From assembly GCA_944381245.1 (NCBI GenBank), contig CALWKK010000003.1, positions 1 to 59,503 of the forward strand: a stretch of DNA of 59,503 bases, given 5' to 3'. The DNA is from an uncultured Clostridia bacterium (GTDB lineage Bacteria; Bacillota; Clostridia; Christensenellales; UBA1242). The position numbers and the translations under genes are program-made. The first letter of the stretch is position 1; every line of letters begins with the position of its first letter. The notes below the pieces were generated by a model. That model was not told where the DNA came from, made no database searches, and saw only the letters and a list, made by a program, of their open reading frames with translations. Positions 40,773 through 49,706 of the stretch are shown here, piece by piece.

Positions 40773-42065
40773 ATGATTTCATTAGATTTAATAAAAAATA
40801 ATCCAGAAAAGGTTGTTACAGCATTAAAAAAAAGAGCAATTGAATTTGATTTGTCTAAATTTTATGATTTAGATAAAAAAAGAAAAGAATTATTATATCA
40901 AGCAGATGAATTAAAAAAAATAAGGAATGAAGAAAGCTCAAAGGTCCCGCAGTTAAAAAAACAAGGAATAGACTGCTCAGAAATAATAAATAATATGAAA
41001 GAAATTGGTGATAAAATTTCACAACTAGATAAAGAAATTGAAATTATAGAAAAAAATATTTTTGACTTGATTTCTCCTTTACCAAATTTGGTTGATGAAG
41101 ATATTGTTGCAGGAGGGAAAGAAGCTAATACCGAAATAAGAAAGTTTGGTGAAAAACCGAATTTTAATTTTACTCCTTTATCACATATAGATTTATGTAA
41201 GATTAATAATTTTATTGATTATGAACGTGGTGCAAAAATATCAGGAAATGGAAGTTGGATTTACACGGGAGAAGGTGCAGAGTTGGAATGGGCTTTATTA
41301 AATTTTTTTATTTCAGAACATTTGGCAGATGGTTATAATTTTATATTACCTCCACATATGTTAGGGTATGAATGTGGATTTGTTGCTGGACAATTTCCAA
41401 AATTTGATGATGAAGTTTATTGGTTAGATGAAAAATCGCAAACTAGCAAATTCTTATTACCAACAGCAGAAACACCACTTGCGAATATTTATAGGAATGA
41501 AATCCTTTCTGAAGAAATTTTGCCAATAAAAATGTTTGCTTACACACCTTGCTATAGAAGAGAGGCAGGAAGTTATAGATCAGAAGAAAGGGGAATGATT
41601 AGAGGACATCAATTTAACAAAGTTGAAATGTTTCAAATAACAAAACCAGAAGATTCTGATAAGGCTTTTGAAGAATTAGTTAATAAAGCAGAAAATTTAG
41701 TCAAAAAATTAGGATTGCATTTTAGAACAACGAAACTTGCGGCACAAGATGTTAGCGCAACAATGGCAAGAACTTATGATGTTGAAATTTGGATTCCAAG
41801 TATGGAAATTTATAAAGAAATTAGCTCAGCTTCAAATGCAAGAGATTATCAAGCAAGAAGGGGAAACATAAAATATAGAGATAGTAAAACCAAAAAAGCT
41901 GAATATGTTAATACTTTAAATGCTTCAGGATTAGCAACAAGTAGGTTATTCCCAGCATTATTAGAACAATATCAAAATGAAGATGGAACAATAAATGTTC
42001 CTGAAGTTTTACAACCATTTATGAGAGGTAAAACTATAATAGGTAAAGGTAAAAATGTCAGATAA
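40773..42065 (+). CDS. serS: Serine--tRNA ligase
   Basis: N-terminal coiled coil, LPTAE, CYRREAG, RGHQFNKVE, EISSASN, LNASGLATSR. Confidence 0.97.
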   Translation: MISLDLIKNNPEKVVTALKKRAIEFDLSKFYDLDKKRKELLYQADELKKIRNEESSKVPQLKKQGIDCSEIINNMKEIGDKISQLDKEIEIIEKNIFDLISPLPNLVDEDIVAGGKEANTEIRKFGEKPNFNFTPLSHIDLCKINNFIDYERGAKISGNGSWIYTGEGAELEWALLNFFISEHLADGYNFILPPHMLGYECGFVAGQFPKFDDEVYWLDEKSQTSKFLLPTAETPLANIYRNEILSEEILPIKMFAYTPCYRREAGSYRSEERGMIRGHQFNKVEMFQITKPEDSDKAFEELVNKAENLVKKLGLHFRTTKLAAQDVSATMARTYDVEIWIPSMEIYKEISSASNARDYQARRGNIKYRDSKTKKAEYVNTLNASGLATSRLFPALLEQYQNEDGTINVPEVLQPFMRGKTIIGKGKNVR

Positions 42066-43083
42066 ACATAAAGTATTTGATAAAGAAATTATAAAAGATT
42101 TTGCTGAAGATGTTAATAATGATATGGTCCGAAGAGCATATTATTATGTTAATGAAAGCATAGACCAAGCAATTCAAAAAATTTCATTAAATAATATATA
42201 TATTAAAGAGCAAAATATTGAATTAATTCCAGTTGGAGATTTAATGACAAATACTTTTACCAACGTGTCAGAAATAGATTTATTATTAACAATTCGATCA
42301 GCGCAACTAGAATTAAATTCAATTAAAAAATTTGATAATAAGTTTTTATCTTACATTAATAAATTTAAAAGAGCATGGAAAATAAATAAAAATAATAAAA
42401 AAAAGAATAAATTAAAAAATAAATTATTTAATTTCAAAAAAAACAAAAATATTATAACAAAGCAAACTTTATATCAAAAAAAAAAAAAACTTTATAATAT
42501 TTTTGATATTAAAAATAATTTATTTGAAGAAATGACCAATTATTTTACAAATCTTACAATACTTTACAACGAAGATAATAAAATTTCAATTCTATCAAAA
42601 GATGAAATAGGGTATAAGGTCAATATTTATCCTGTTTTTAAACATGAAAATTATTTAAGAATATTTAATAAAAATGATTACAAATATAAAGAAATAAAGA
42701 TTAAAGAAGCCCTTCAAAATATAAAAAATAAAGCAAATGAAATTTATAATATTAATAAATTAATAATTGATGATGAATTTATTTTCAATAAAATTATAAA
42801 GATTTTTAAAAATTTATATTTTAATATAAAACATGAAAATAATTTTATATTTGTTGAAAGTTTAATATATTCTTGCCCGACATCATTATTTAAAATTGAA
42901 AAAAATGATGAAAATAATTACATTTATAATATTTTTATTAAAGTATTAAATTATATAAATTCAATTAATTTGTCTAAAATAAAATCAATATATAATGATG
43001 AGAAGACAATATATCAACAAGATGAAATTTCATTATACAATATCAACAGTTTTATAAAACTCTTAAGTGAAATGATTTTATAA
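42055..43083 (+). CDS. Hypothetical protein, degenerate SMODS/CD-NTase-like nucleotidyltransferase fold
   Basis: VGDLMTNTFTNVSEIDLLL, VNIYPVF, FNKIIKIFKNL and FVESLIYSCPTSLF occur in the order of CD-NTase motifs. Overlaps the serS stop by 11 nt. Confidence 0.55.
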   Translation: MSDKHKVFDKEIIKDFAEDVNNDMVRRAYYYVNESIDQAIQKISLNNIYIKEQNIELIPVGDLMTNTFTNVSEIDLLLTIRSAQLELNSIKKFDNKFLSYINKFKRAWKINKNNKKKNKLKNKLFNFKKNKNIITKQTLYQKKKKLYNIFDIKNNLFEEMTNYFTNLTILYNEDNKISILSKDEIGYKVNIYPVFKHENYLRIFNKNDYKYKEIKIKEALQNIKNKANEIYNINKLIIDDEFIFNKIIKIFKNLYFNIKHENNFIFVESLIYSCPTSLFKIEKNDENNYIYNIFIKVLNYINSINLSKIKSIYNDEKTIYQQDEISLYNINSFIKLLSEMIL

Positions 43084-43085
43084 TT

Positions 43086-43173
43086 TGGTGCGGAAGACAG
43101 GATTTGAACCTGCAATGAAATAAATTTCGCTAGAATCTGAATCTAGTGCGTTTACCTATTTCGCCACTTCCGC
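43086..43173 (-). tRNA. tRNA-Leu(CAG)
   Basis: GCGGAAG/CTTCCGC acceptor, stem CTAGA/TCTAG, loop TT-CAG-AT, long variable arm, A73 and CCA. Confidence 0.92.
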
Positions 43174-43187
43174 TTATTATATTTTTA

Positions 43188-43631
43188 TTATTCTTTTTCT
43201 ACAAATAATTTAAATGTTGCTGAAATTTCAGGATAAACTTTAACATTTATTTTATATTCTCCAACTGTTTTAATAGGTGAGGAGAGAATAATCTTTTTTT
43301 TATCAATTATAATTCCTTCTTTTTTTAGAGCTTCAGCTAATTCTAATGAAGTTATTGAGCCAAAAATCTTTCCATTTTCCCCACATTTAATTTTTAAATA
43401 TATTGTTTTATTATTTATCTCTTTTGCTATATTTTTAGCATTTAAAATTTCGTTATTTTTATGAAAATTTTTAGCTTCAAGCTTTTGCTTGCTTTCGTTT
43501 AATGTTGATTTGGAAACCTCTTTTGCTAATCCTTGTTTTAATAAATAATTTCTTGCATATCCATCTGAAACATTAACAATTTGATCTTTTTTACCACTTC
43601 CTTTAACATCTTTTAATAAAATAACTTGCAT
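43188..43631 (-). CDS. rplI: 50S ribosomal protein L9
   Basis: [33 protein letters not shown]. Confidence 0.97.
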   Translation of the reverse strand: MQVILLKDVKGSGKKDQIVNVSDGYARNYLLKQGLAKEVSKSTLNESKQKLEAKNFHKNNEILNAKNIAKEINNKTIYLKIKCGENGKIFGSITSLELAEALKKEGIIIDKKKIILSSPIKTVGEYKINVKVYPEISATFKLFVEKE

Positions 43632-43708
43632 TAACAATTTCTCCTTATCATTATATTTTAATTATATTTCTTCTAAAAGTCAACTATATTAATTCAATAA
43701 CTATTTTA

Positions 43709-43737
43709 GAATATTTAAATTTTAGTTGGGAAAAATA
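43709..43737 (+). promoter_or_regulatory. sigmaF-type promoter
   Basis: GAATA-15bp-GGAAAAATA. Confidence 0.55.
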
Positions 43738-43757
43738 AAATAGGAGAGTTTAATTTT

Positions 43758-44141
43758 ATGGATATTAGATGTAGGAAAACGACTTGTCATTATAATAATA
43801 ATTATACTTGTTGTGCTAAAGAAATTAATATAAATAATAACATTTTATGCAAAACATTTAAAGTTTCTAACTCTTTAACAAATAATGATAAAAACAATTC
43901 AGACTTACTTAAAATAATTAATAATGCTTTTAATAATGAAAAAACTCCAAAGAAACAAGATTCATCAAAAAAAATGTTTAAAAAACCTGTAAAAATTGCA
44001 CCAGTTAGGAGCAGAAAAAAAATTTCGATTACATGTAAATCTGGTTGCTTATTTAATTGTGATGGAATTTGTAAGGCAAATGGAATAACTATTAATGATA
44101 TTCATGATAAGCCCATATGTATGGGGTATTTGCCAAGATAA
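43758..44141 (+). CDS. Cys-rich protein with two DUF1540-like repeats
   Basis: Two Cx3-4C.[YF]N...C.A..I.I...C units. Confidence 0.7.
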   Translation: MDIRCRKTTCHYNNNYTCCAKEININNNILCKTFKVSNSLTNNDKNNSDLLKIINNAFNNEKTPKKQDSSKKMFKKPVKIAPVRSRKKISITCKSGCLFNCDGICKANGITINDIHDKPICMGYLPR

Positions 44142-44148
44142 ACTTAAT

Positions 44149-44196
44149 TATATATAATTATTCGTAAAAGACACATTTTACGAATAATTATATATA
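44149..44196. repeat. Perfect 21-bp inverted repeat (probable bidirectional terminator)
   Basis: TATATATAATTATTCGTAAAA-gacaca-TTTTACGAATAATTATATATA between convergent genes. Confidence 0.8.
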
Positions 44197-44235
44197 TATT
44201 ATTACAAATTTTAATAAAAAAACTAAATTTTTTAT

Positions 44236-44778
44236 TTAGTTTTCTTTTTTATTTATTAAATTTTCAATTATAGATAATGTTTTATCTAAATTATCATTTT
44301 GAATAATTAAATTATAATTTGGTCTATGAGCAGATTCAAAATCAAATCTCTCCATTCTTTTTTCTATATTTTTTTCACCTCTTAATTTTAATCGTTTAAT
44401 TAATTCAGTTTTAGGAACATCTAAAAAAATAGATAAAATTTTAACTTTATTTCCTAAACGTTCAACCATATTTTTTTGACCTAAAACACCAATATCCTTT
44501 ATAAAGTTTTTACCATTTAGTAAATCATTAATAGAATCATTTAAAATACCATAATAATTACCATGAATTTCTTCATATTCAAACAATTCATTATTGTTTA
44601 TTTTATCTTCAAATTCTTCTCTTGTTAAATAAATATATGGAGATTTTAATTCATCTCTATTTTCTTTTGGCCTAGAAGTGCAAGATTTTAAATAATATAA
44701 ATTACTGTTTCTTTCTATTAATTTATCGATAACCGTGTTTTTACCAGCTCCTGAACAACCGGATAATAATATTAACAT
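44236..44778 (-). CDS. gmk: Guanylate kinase
   Basis: LSGCSGAGKNT, SCTSRP, EYEEIHGNYYG, RLKLRG. Start at ATG 44778 after AAGGAG. Confidence 0.88.
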   Translation of the reverse strand: MLILLSGCSGAGKNTVIDKLIERNSNLYYLKSCTSRPKENRDELKSPYIYLTREEFEDKINNNELFEYEEIHGNYYGILNDSINDLLNGKNFIKDIGVLGQKNMVERLGNKVKILSIFLDVPKTELIKRLKLRGEKNIEKRMERFDFESAHRPNYNLIIQNDNLDKTLSIIENLINKKEN

Positions 44779-44837
44779 AAAAAAACTCCTTTCTTTGTAT
44801 ATATTAATATACATGTAAGGAGTTTGTCAATGTTTTT

Positions 44838-46004
44838 TTACCAATTAGAAATAATTTCATTTAAACTATCTTTGTATGATATAGCATCAATATTTCTTGC
44901 AGTGACTAAATCAATTTTTTTAACGACAACACCGTTTTTACTTATTATTATTGTTCCAGTTTTTGAGTTCGATTTTAAAGGAGCTTTAATTTTATCATCA
45001 ACATTTATAGATATTTCATAATCTATTTTGCTACCTTTTTTGTTTATAACATAATAATTTTCTTTTGCATATAAGTCGCATTTTTTATCTTTACTTTTTA
45101 AGATTTCAACATTTGTTATAGGTGTTTTTGTTGATATTAATTGAGTTTTTTCAAAATTAACAAATCCATAATTTAAAAGTTTCGACGTTTCATTAAATCT
45201 TTCAGTTGCTGTTTTTGCACCTAAAACAACACCAATTAATCTCATATCTCCTCTCATTGCACTTGCTGATAAACAATAACCAGCTTCATCGGTTGACCCT
45301 GTTTTCCCAGCATCACAGCCTTTAAAATATCTTATTAATTTATTAGTATTAACAATATCAGTTTTTCTTCCTGATTCATGCACTAATTCATCCATCCATA
45401 TTGTGCTATAATTAAAATATAATTTATTTTTTAATACTTCTTTTGTTAATTTTGCAACATCTCTTGCCGTTGAATATTGTCCAGGTTCTGGTAAGCCACT
45501 TGCATTAACATAAATTGTATTATTTAATCCCAGCTCTTTAGCTTTATCATTCATTTTCTTAACAAAAACATCTTCAGTTCCAGATATTTTTTCAGCTAAA
45601 GCAACGCTCGCATCATTCGCAGAAGCAACTATAACGCTCTTTAACATATCTTCAACAGTATATTTAGAATATGGATCTATAAAAACTTGGCTACCCCCCA
45701 TTGATGATGCATTTTCTGATGTATATATTTCATCTTCTAACTTTAAATTACCTTTTTCTATTTCATCTAAAGTTATATAAATTGTCATTAATTTAACAAT
45801 ACTTGCTATTGGATATTTTGTGTCAGCATTATTTTCATATAAAACTTCATTCGTGTCAAAATCAATCAATATTGATGCTTTTGAATTAATGTTTAAATCA
45901 TCCTTATTATTTGTTTCAGCATAAACATTTTGCATAAATCCACTATATATAGTTGATATTATAAGCATAACACAACAAAATAAGCTAAAATAAAATTTTT
46001 TCAT
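44838..46004 (-). CDS. dacF: D-alanyl-D-alanine carboxypeptidase DacF-like
   Basis: SIVK, SAN, KTG, MGGSQVF, NTNKLIR and signal peptide. Forespore-type promoter. Confidence 0.85.
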   Translation of the reverse strand: MKKFYFSLFCCVMLIISTIYSGFMQNVYAETNNKDDLNINSKASILIDFDTNEVLYENNADTKYPIASIVKLMTIYITLDEIEKGNLKLEDEIYTSENASSMGGSQVFIDPYSKYTVEDMLKSVIVASANDASVALAEKISGTEDVFVKKMNDKAKELGLNNTIYVNASGLPEPGQYSTARDVAKLTKEVLKNKLYFNYSTIWMDELVHESGRKTDIVNTNKLIRYFKGCDAGKTGSTDEAGYCLSASAMRGDMRLIGVVLGAKTATERFNETSKLLNYGFVNFEKTQLISTKTPITNVEILKSKDKKCDLYAKENYYVINKKGSKIDYEISINVDDKIKAPLKSNSKTGTIIISKNGVVVKKIDLVTARNIDAISYKDSLNEIISNW

Positions 46005-46027
46005 AGTATATTCTCCTTTAAATAATA

Positions 46028-46056
46028 TTAGTTTGAGAATTACTAGGAAAATTATT
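46028..46056 (-). promoter_or_regulatory. sigmaG/F-type promoter of dacF
   Basis: Minus strand GAATA-17bp-CAAACTA. Confidence 0.55.
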
Positions 46057-46058
46057 CA

Positions 46059-46676
46059 TTAAATAATTAGTATTATATTACTAGAAAACAAATACAGCAA
46101 TAATGTTTCTATTCCATTTAATAATAATAATAACAAGAATGTTAAAAGCAAAATTTTATAAGACTTACATTTTGTTCCATATTTTTTCCTTATATAAGCA
46201 GTTTTAAAAGCATAAGAACAGTATAAAGATAAAATAATTAAACTTAAAATTTGACAAGGAATAATTATTAATAAACATGATAAAATTCCACCCAGACCAT
46301 TTAAAACGATAATAAGCGTACAATTTAAACTTAATAAATATCCCCTGTAAGTTAATAGTATCAAATTTATTGGAGTTAAGTAAATACAAAAAGTAGAAAA
46401 AGAAATAATGATTAATATTATACTAGAAGATAACAATCTCGAAAAAAATAAATCTTGCGATCCAAGCTCTCCTGATAAATATTGGCTTAACGAAAAATCA
46501 TTAAAAGAAATTAAAGATGCGCCATTTAAATATTTTATTCCAGTAAAAATTCCTGTTAAAATTCCTATTAAACAAAATAATATTATAAATAAAGTTAATT
46601 TTTTATGTTCTCTAACATTATCAAAAAACTTGTATTTTACAATTCCAATTTTTCTTGAAATATTTATATTTTTCAT
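46059..46676 (-). CDS. spoIIM: Stage II sporulation protein M-like membrane protein
   Basis: About five TM helices, G..TGI, P...L..RG, IIP.Q, E near the C-terminus. Sporulation context. Confidence 0.7.
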   Translation of the reverse strand: MKNINISRKIGIVKYKFFDNVREHKKLTLFIILFCLIGILTGIFTGIKYLNGASLISFNDFSLSQYLSGELGSQDLFFSRLLSSSIILIIISFSTFCIYLTPINLILLTYRGYLLSLNCTLIIVLNGLGGILSCLLIIIPCQILSLIILSLYCSYAFKTAYIRKKYGTKCKSYKILLLTFLLLLLLNGIETLLLYLFSSNIILII

Positions 46677-46720
46677 GTTTTATTATATTCTTATTTTCGA
46701 CAAAAAATTACCTTTTTTAA

Positions 46721-47944
46721 TTATGCAGCAATCATCCAATCAATATAAATTCCATAACCTTTTGTTGGATCAGAAACAAAGACATGTGTTACAGCGCCAA
46801 TAACTTTATCATTTTGCATAATTGGACTTCCACTCATTCCTTGTATTATACCACCAGTTAATTTTAAAAGTCTTTTGTCAGTTACCCTAAAAACAAAACT
46901 TTTTTCACTTGAAGTTGGTTGATAATTCGTTTTTATAATCTCTATTTCATATTCTTCGCTAACTCCACTAATTGAACTTATTAATGTTGCTTTTCCTGGT
47001 TTAATTGTTAAACGACTTGCAACATCTGCAATCTTGTTAGGATCAATTATTTTATCTTTATTAAAAATTGTTCCATAAACTCCAAATCTTGTGTTTCGAT
47101 CAATTTCACCTTTTTGATTTTTTCCTTGCATGAATACTCCTTTAATTTCTCCTGGCATTCCCACTTCACCTTTGTTTAATCCAACAACACTACATGAAAA
47201 AATTTTTCCCCCTTTTGCTGGGACAACAACACCTGTTTCATAATCTGTTATGGGATGTCCAAGAGCTCCAAATTCCATTGTTTCAGCATCAACAAATGTT
47301 ATTGTGCCAACTCCAGCTGCATCATTTCTTACCCATAATCCTATTTTATATTCACCTTCTTCATTTTTCAATGGTTTAAGCTTTATTGTTTCTTCTTTTC
47401 CTTTTCTTAAAAGATTTATAGTTAATTCTTCTCCGTTATAATTTTCGGAATTAATTATTGTTTTTATATCATCTATTTCTGAAACTTTAATGCCATTAAC
47501 TTTTGTTATTATATCACCAATTTTTAATTTTGAATCAACAAAATTTGATTTTAACCCTTCTTCTGTATTAATCGAATTACTTCCTAAAACAATTAATCCA
47601 TCAACATCTATTGTTAATCCGATTGGACTTCCACCCAAATAAACTTGTTTATCCTCAATTATATTAGCTTTTATTGTTTTTATTGGTATAAATCCAAATA
47701 ATTTAAATATTAAATTTTTTATGCTAAATTTTTCTCCGCCTACATTAACACTTTCTTCAACAATTTCAGCTGTAATGTTTTTACCAAATATTTTATCAGA
47801 ATTAATGTTTTTGATATCATTATAGCTAATAGGAACTTCATTTGGCAAACTTAAAACATTAATGAACTCAGCATTAAAATATATTAACAAAATTGATAAA
47901 GAAGCAATTCCTAAAAATATTATGTAATTTAACCTTTTTTTCAT
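46721..47944 (-). CDS. spoIVB: SpoIVB peptidase (S55)
   Basis: GG.PIG, PDZ domain, GLWVRN.AAGVGT.TF, ALGHPI.D, GGIIQGMSGSP, GAVTHVFV.DP. Confidence 0.95.
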   Translation of the reverse strand: MKKRLNYIIFLGIASLSILLIYFNAEFINVLSLPNEVPISYNDIKNINSDKIFGKNITAEIVEESVNVGGEKFSIKNLIFKLFGFIPIKTIKANIIEDKQVYLGGSPIGLTIDVDGLIVLGSNSINTEEGLKSNFVDSKLKIGDIITKVNGIKVSEIDDIKTIINSENYNGEELTINLLRKGKEETIKLKPLKNEEGEYKIGLWVRNDAAGVGTITFVDAETMEFGALGHPITDYETGVVVPAKGGKIFSCSVVGLNKGEVGMPGEIKGVFMQGKNQKGEIDRNTRFGVYGTIFNKDKIIDPNKIADVASRLTIKPGKATLISSISGVSEEYEIEIIKTNYQPTSSEKSFVFRVTDKRLLKLTGGIIQGMSGSPIMQNDKVIGAVTHVFVSDPTKGYGIYIDWMIAA

Positions 47945-47964
47945 TTTTCCCCACGCAACGATAT

Positions 47965-47994
47965 TAGTTTGCGTAGAATTTAAATTGATTATTC
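47965..47994 (-). promoter_or_regulatory. sigmaG/F-type promoter of spoIVB
   Basis: Minus strand GAATA-18bp-CAAACTA. The CAAACTAATAT core is identical to that upstream of dacF. Confidence 0.6.
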
Positions 47995-49692
47995 TAATAA
48001 CATTTTATAATTTTTATTATTCTCTAACAATTCTTTTGTCATTGCAAATTTTTTATCATCGACATTCCCGTAGGTTAAAATTGCAAGACGTTCTATTATT
48101 TCATCATTTTGTAAAGATTTTATTGATGTTTCAGTTCTATTATTTAAACTATATTTTTCAACAAAATAGAAATAATCACCCATAGAAACGACTTGAGACA
48201 AGTGAGAGATACATAATATCTGATAATTTTTTGCTAATTTTGCAATTTTTTTGGAAACTTCAATAGCTATGTTTCCACTTATTCCTGAATCAATTTCATC
48301 AAAAATTATTGTATGTGAAAAATTATTATCTGCAACAATATTTTTATATACAAGCATAAAACGATTCATTTCCCCACCAGAAATTGTTTTTGACAGAGGT
48401 TTTAATTCTTCACCTAAATTTGCAGAAAACAAAAATTCGACATCTTCATATGAATTTATATCATAATAATCTAATTCTTCTAAAGAACTAACTTTTTTAT
48501 TAAATTTAACTTTAAATTTAGAATTTGTCATTCCTAATTCTCTTAATCCATTTTCAATTCTTTCTTCCAATTCTAAGGCAATTTTTTGTCTTGCTTGACT
48601 TAAATTTTCATATTTTTTTTTCAATTCAATCATTAAAAGTGACTTTTGTTTAAAATACGATTGCATTAATTCGTCAGCATTTTCTAATTTTTCAAGCTCA
48701 ACTTTAGAATTTTGTAAAAATTCATTAATTGAATTTAAATTTTTACCGTATTTTCGTTTTAAATTGTCAATCAAATCTTTTCTTTCTATTAACTTGTTTA
48801 TATCTTGTTCTTTGTAATCAAAATCACCTAAAACTTTATTTATTTCTGATATATTATCTTCAACATTTAACAAACTTTCTTGAAAAATTTTTAATATATT
48901 AGTTATTCTATTATCATACGATTCTATATTTATTAAATTTGATATAGCTTTTCTTAATAAATTTAATGAACCAATATCTTCATTTTCTAACAAATTTATA
49001 ACTTCATTTAAAGAATTTACAATTTTTTCCGAATTAGCTATTTTAGTTAATTTATTATCTAATTCTTCATCTTCTTTTTCTTTAATATTTGCAATTTCAA
49101 TTTCATTAATTTGATATTTAAGTAAATCTATTTGTCTTTCTCTGTTATCTTTTGATCCACCTATATCTTTTAATTTTTGGTTTATTACATTTATCGTTGA
49201 AGCGATTTCTTCAATTTCTAATTTAATTTTACTAATATCTTGTGATTTATATTCATCTAAAATATTTAAATGATTTTTTTGTTTTAGAAGTGACACACTT
49301 TCATTTTGTCCGTATATATTAACTAAACTATCACCTATTGCTTTTAGCATAGATATTGATATTAATTCTCCATTTGCTCTAGCTTCTCCTTTGCCATTTT
49401 GATAATACGTACGTTGCAAAACCACATCATCATAACATTCTATATCAAAGTTTTTTAAAATTTTTTTTGTATTTTCAGAAATTGAAGAATAATATAGTGA
49501 AACTTTCATAAATTCTTCACCACTTCTTATTAAATTCTTGTCAGCTTTATCTCCTAAAACAAAATTTAATGAATCAAATATTATACTTTTACCTGCTCCT
49601 GTTTCGCCAAGTATAACATTAAAACCTTCATTAAATTTAATTTCTAATGATTTTATTAAAGCAACATTATTTATCTTTAGTGTTTCAAGCAT
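47989..49692 (-). CDS. recN: DNA repair protein RecN
   Basis: GETGAGKS, coiled coil, SGGEMNRFML, IFDEIDSG, CISH. Confidence 0.96.
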   Translation of the reverse strand: MLETLKINNVALIKSLEIKFNEGFNVILGETGAGKSIIFDSLNFVLGDKADKNLIRSGEEFMKVSLYYSSISENTKKILKNFDIECYDDVVLQRTYYQNGKGEARANGELISISMLKAIGDSLVNIYGQNESVSLLKQKNHLNILDEYKSQDISKIKLEIEEIASTINVINQKLKDIGGSKDNRERQIDLLKYQINEIEIANIKEKEDEELDNKLTKIANSEKIVNSLNEVINLLENEDIGSLNLLRKAISNLINIESYDNRITNILKIFQESLLNVEDNISEINKVLGDFDYKEQDINKLIERKDLIDNLKRKYGKNLNSINEFLQNSKVELEKLENADELMQSYFKQKSLLMIELKKKYENLSQARQKIALELEERIENGLRELGMTNSKFKVKFNKKVSSLEELDYYDINSYEDVEFLFSANLGEELKPLSKTISGGEMNRFMLVYKNIVADNNFSHTIIFDEIDSGISGNIAIEVSKKIAKLAKNYQILCISHLSQVVSMGDYFYFVEKYSLNNRTETSIKSLQNDEIIERLAILTYGNVDDKKFAMTKELLENNKNYKMLLE

Positions 49693-49706
49693 TAATTTAA
49701 CCTCTT

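Noticed and set aside
43125-43150. TCA (Sec/opal suppressor) reading of the tRNA anticodon loop
   Set aside because: The stem CTAGA/TCTAG fixes the loop as TTCAGAT with anticodon CAG. The body has Leu identity (A73, 7-bp acceptor).
39541-43173. Integrative element bounded by the tyrosine recombinase and tRNA-Leu
   Set aside because: The interval contains serS, no duplicated tRNA 3' end (att) was seen, and there are no phage or conjugation genes.
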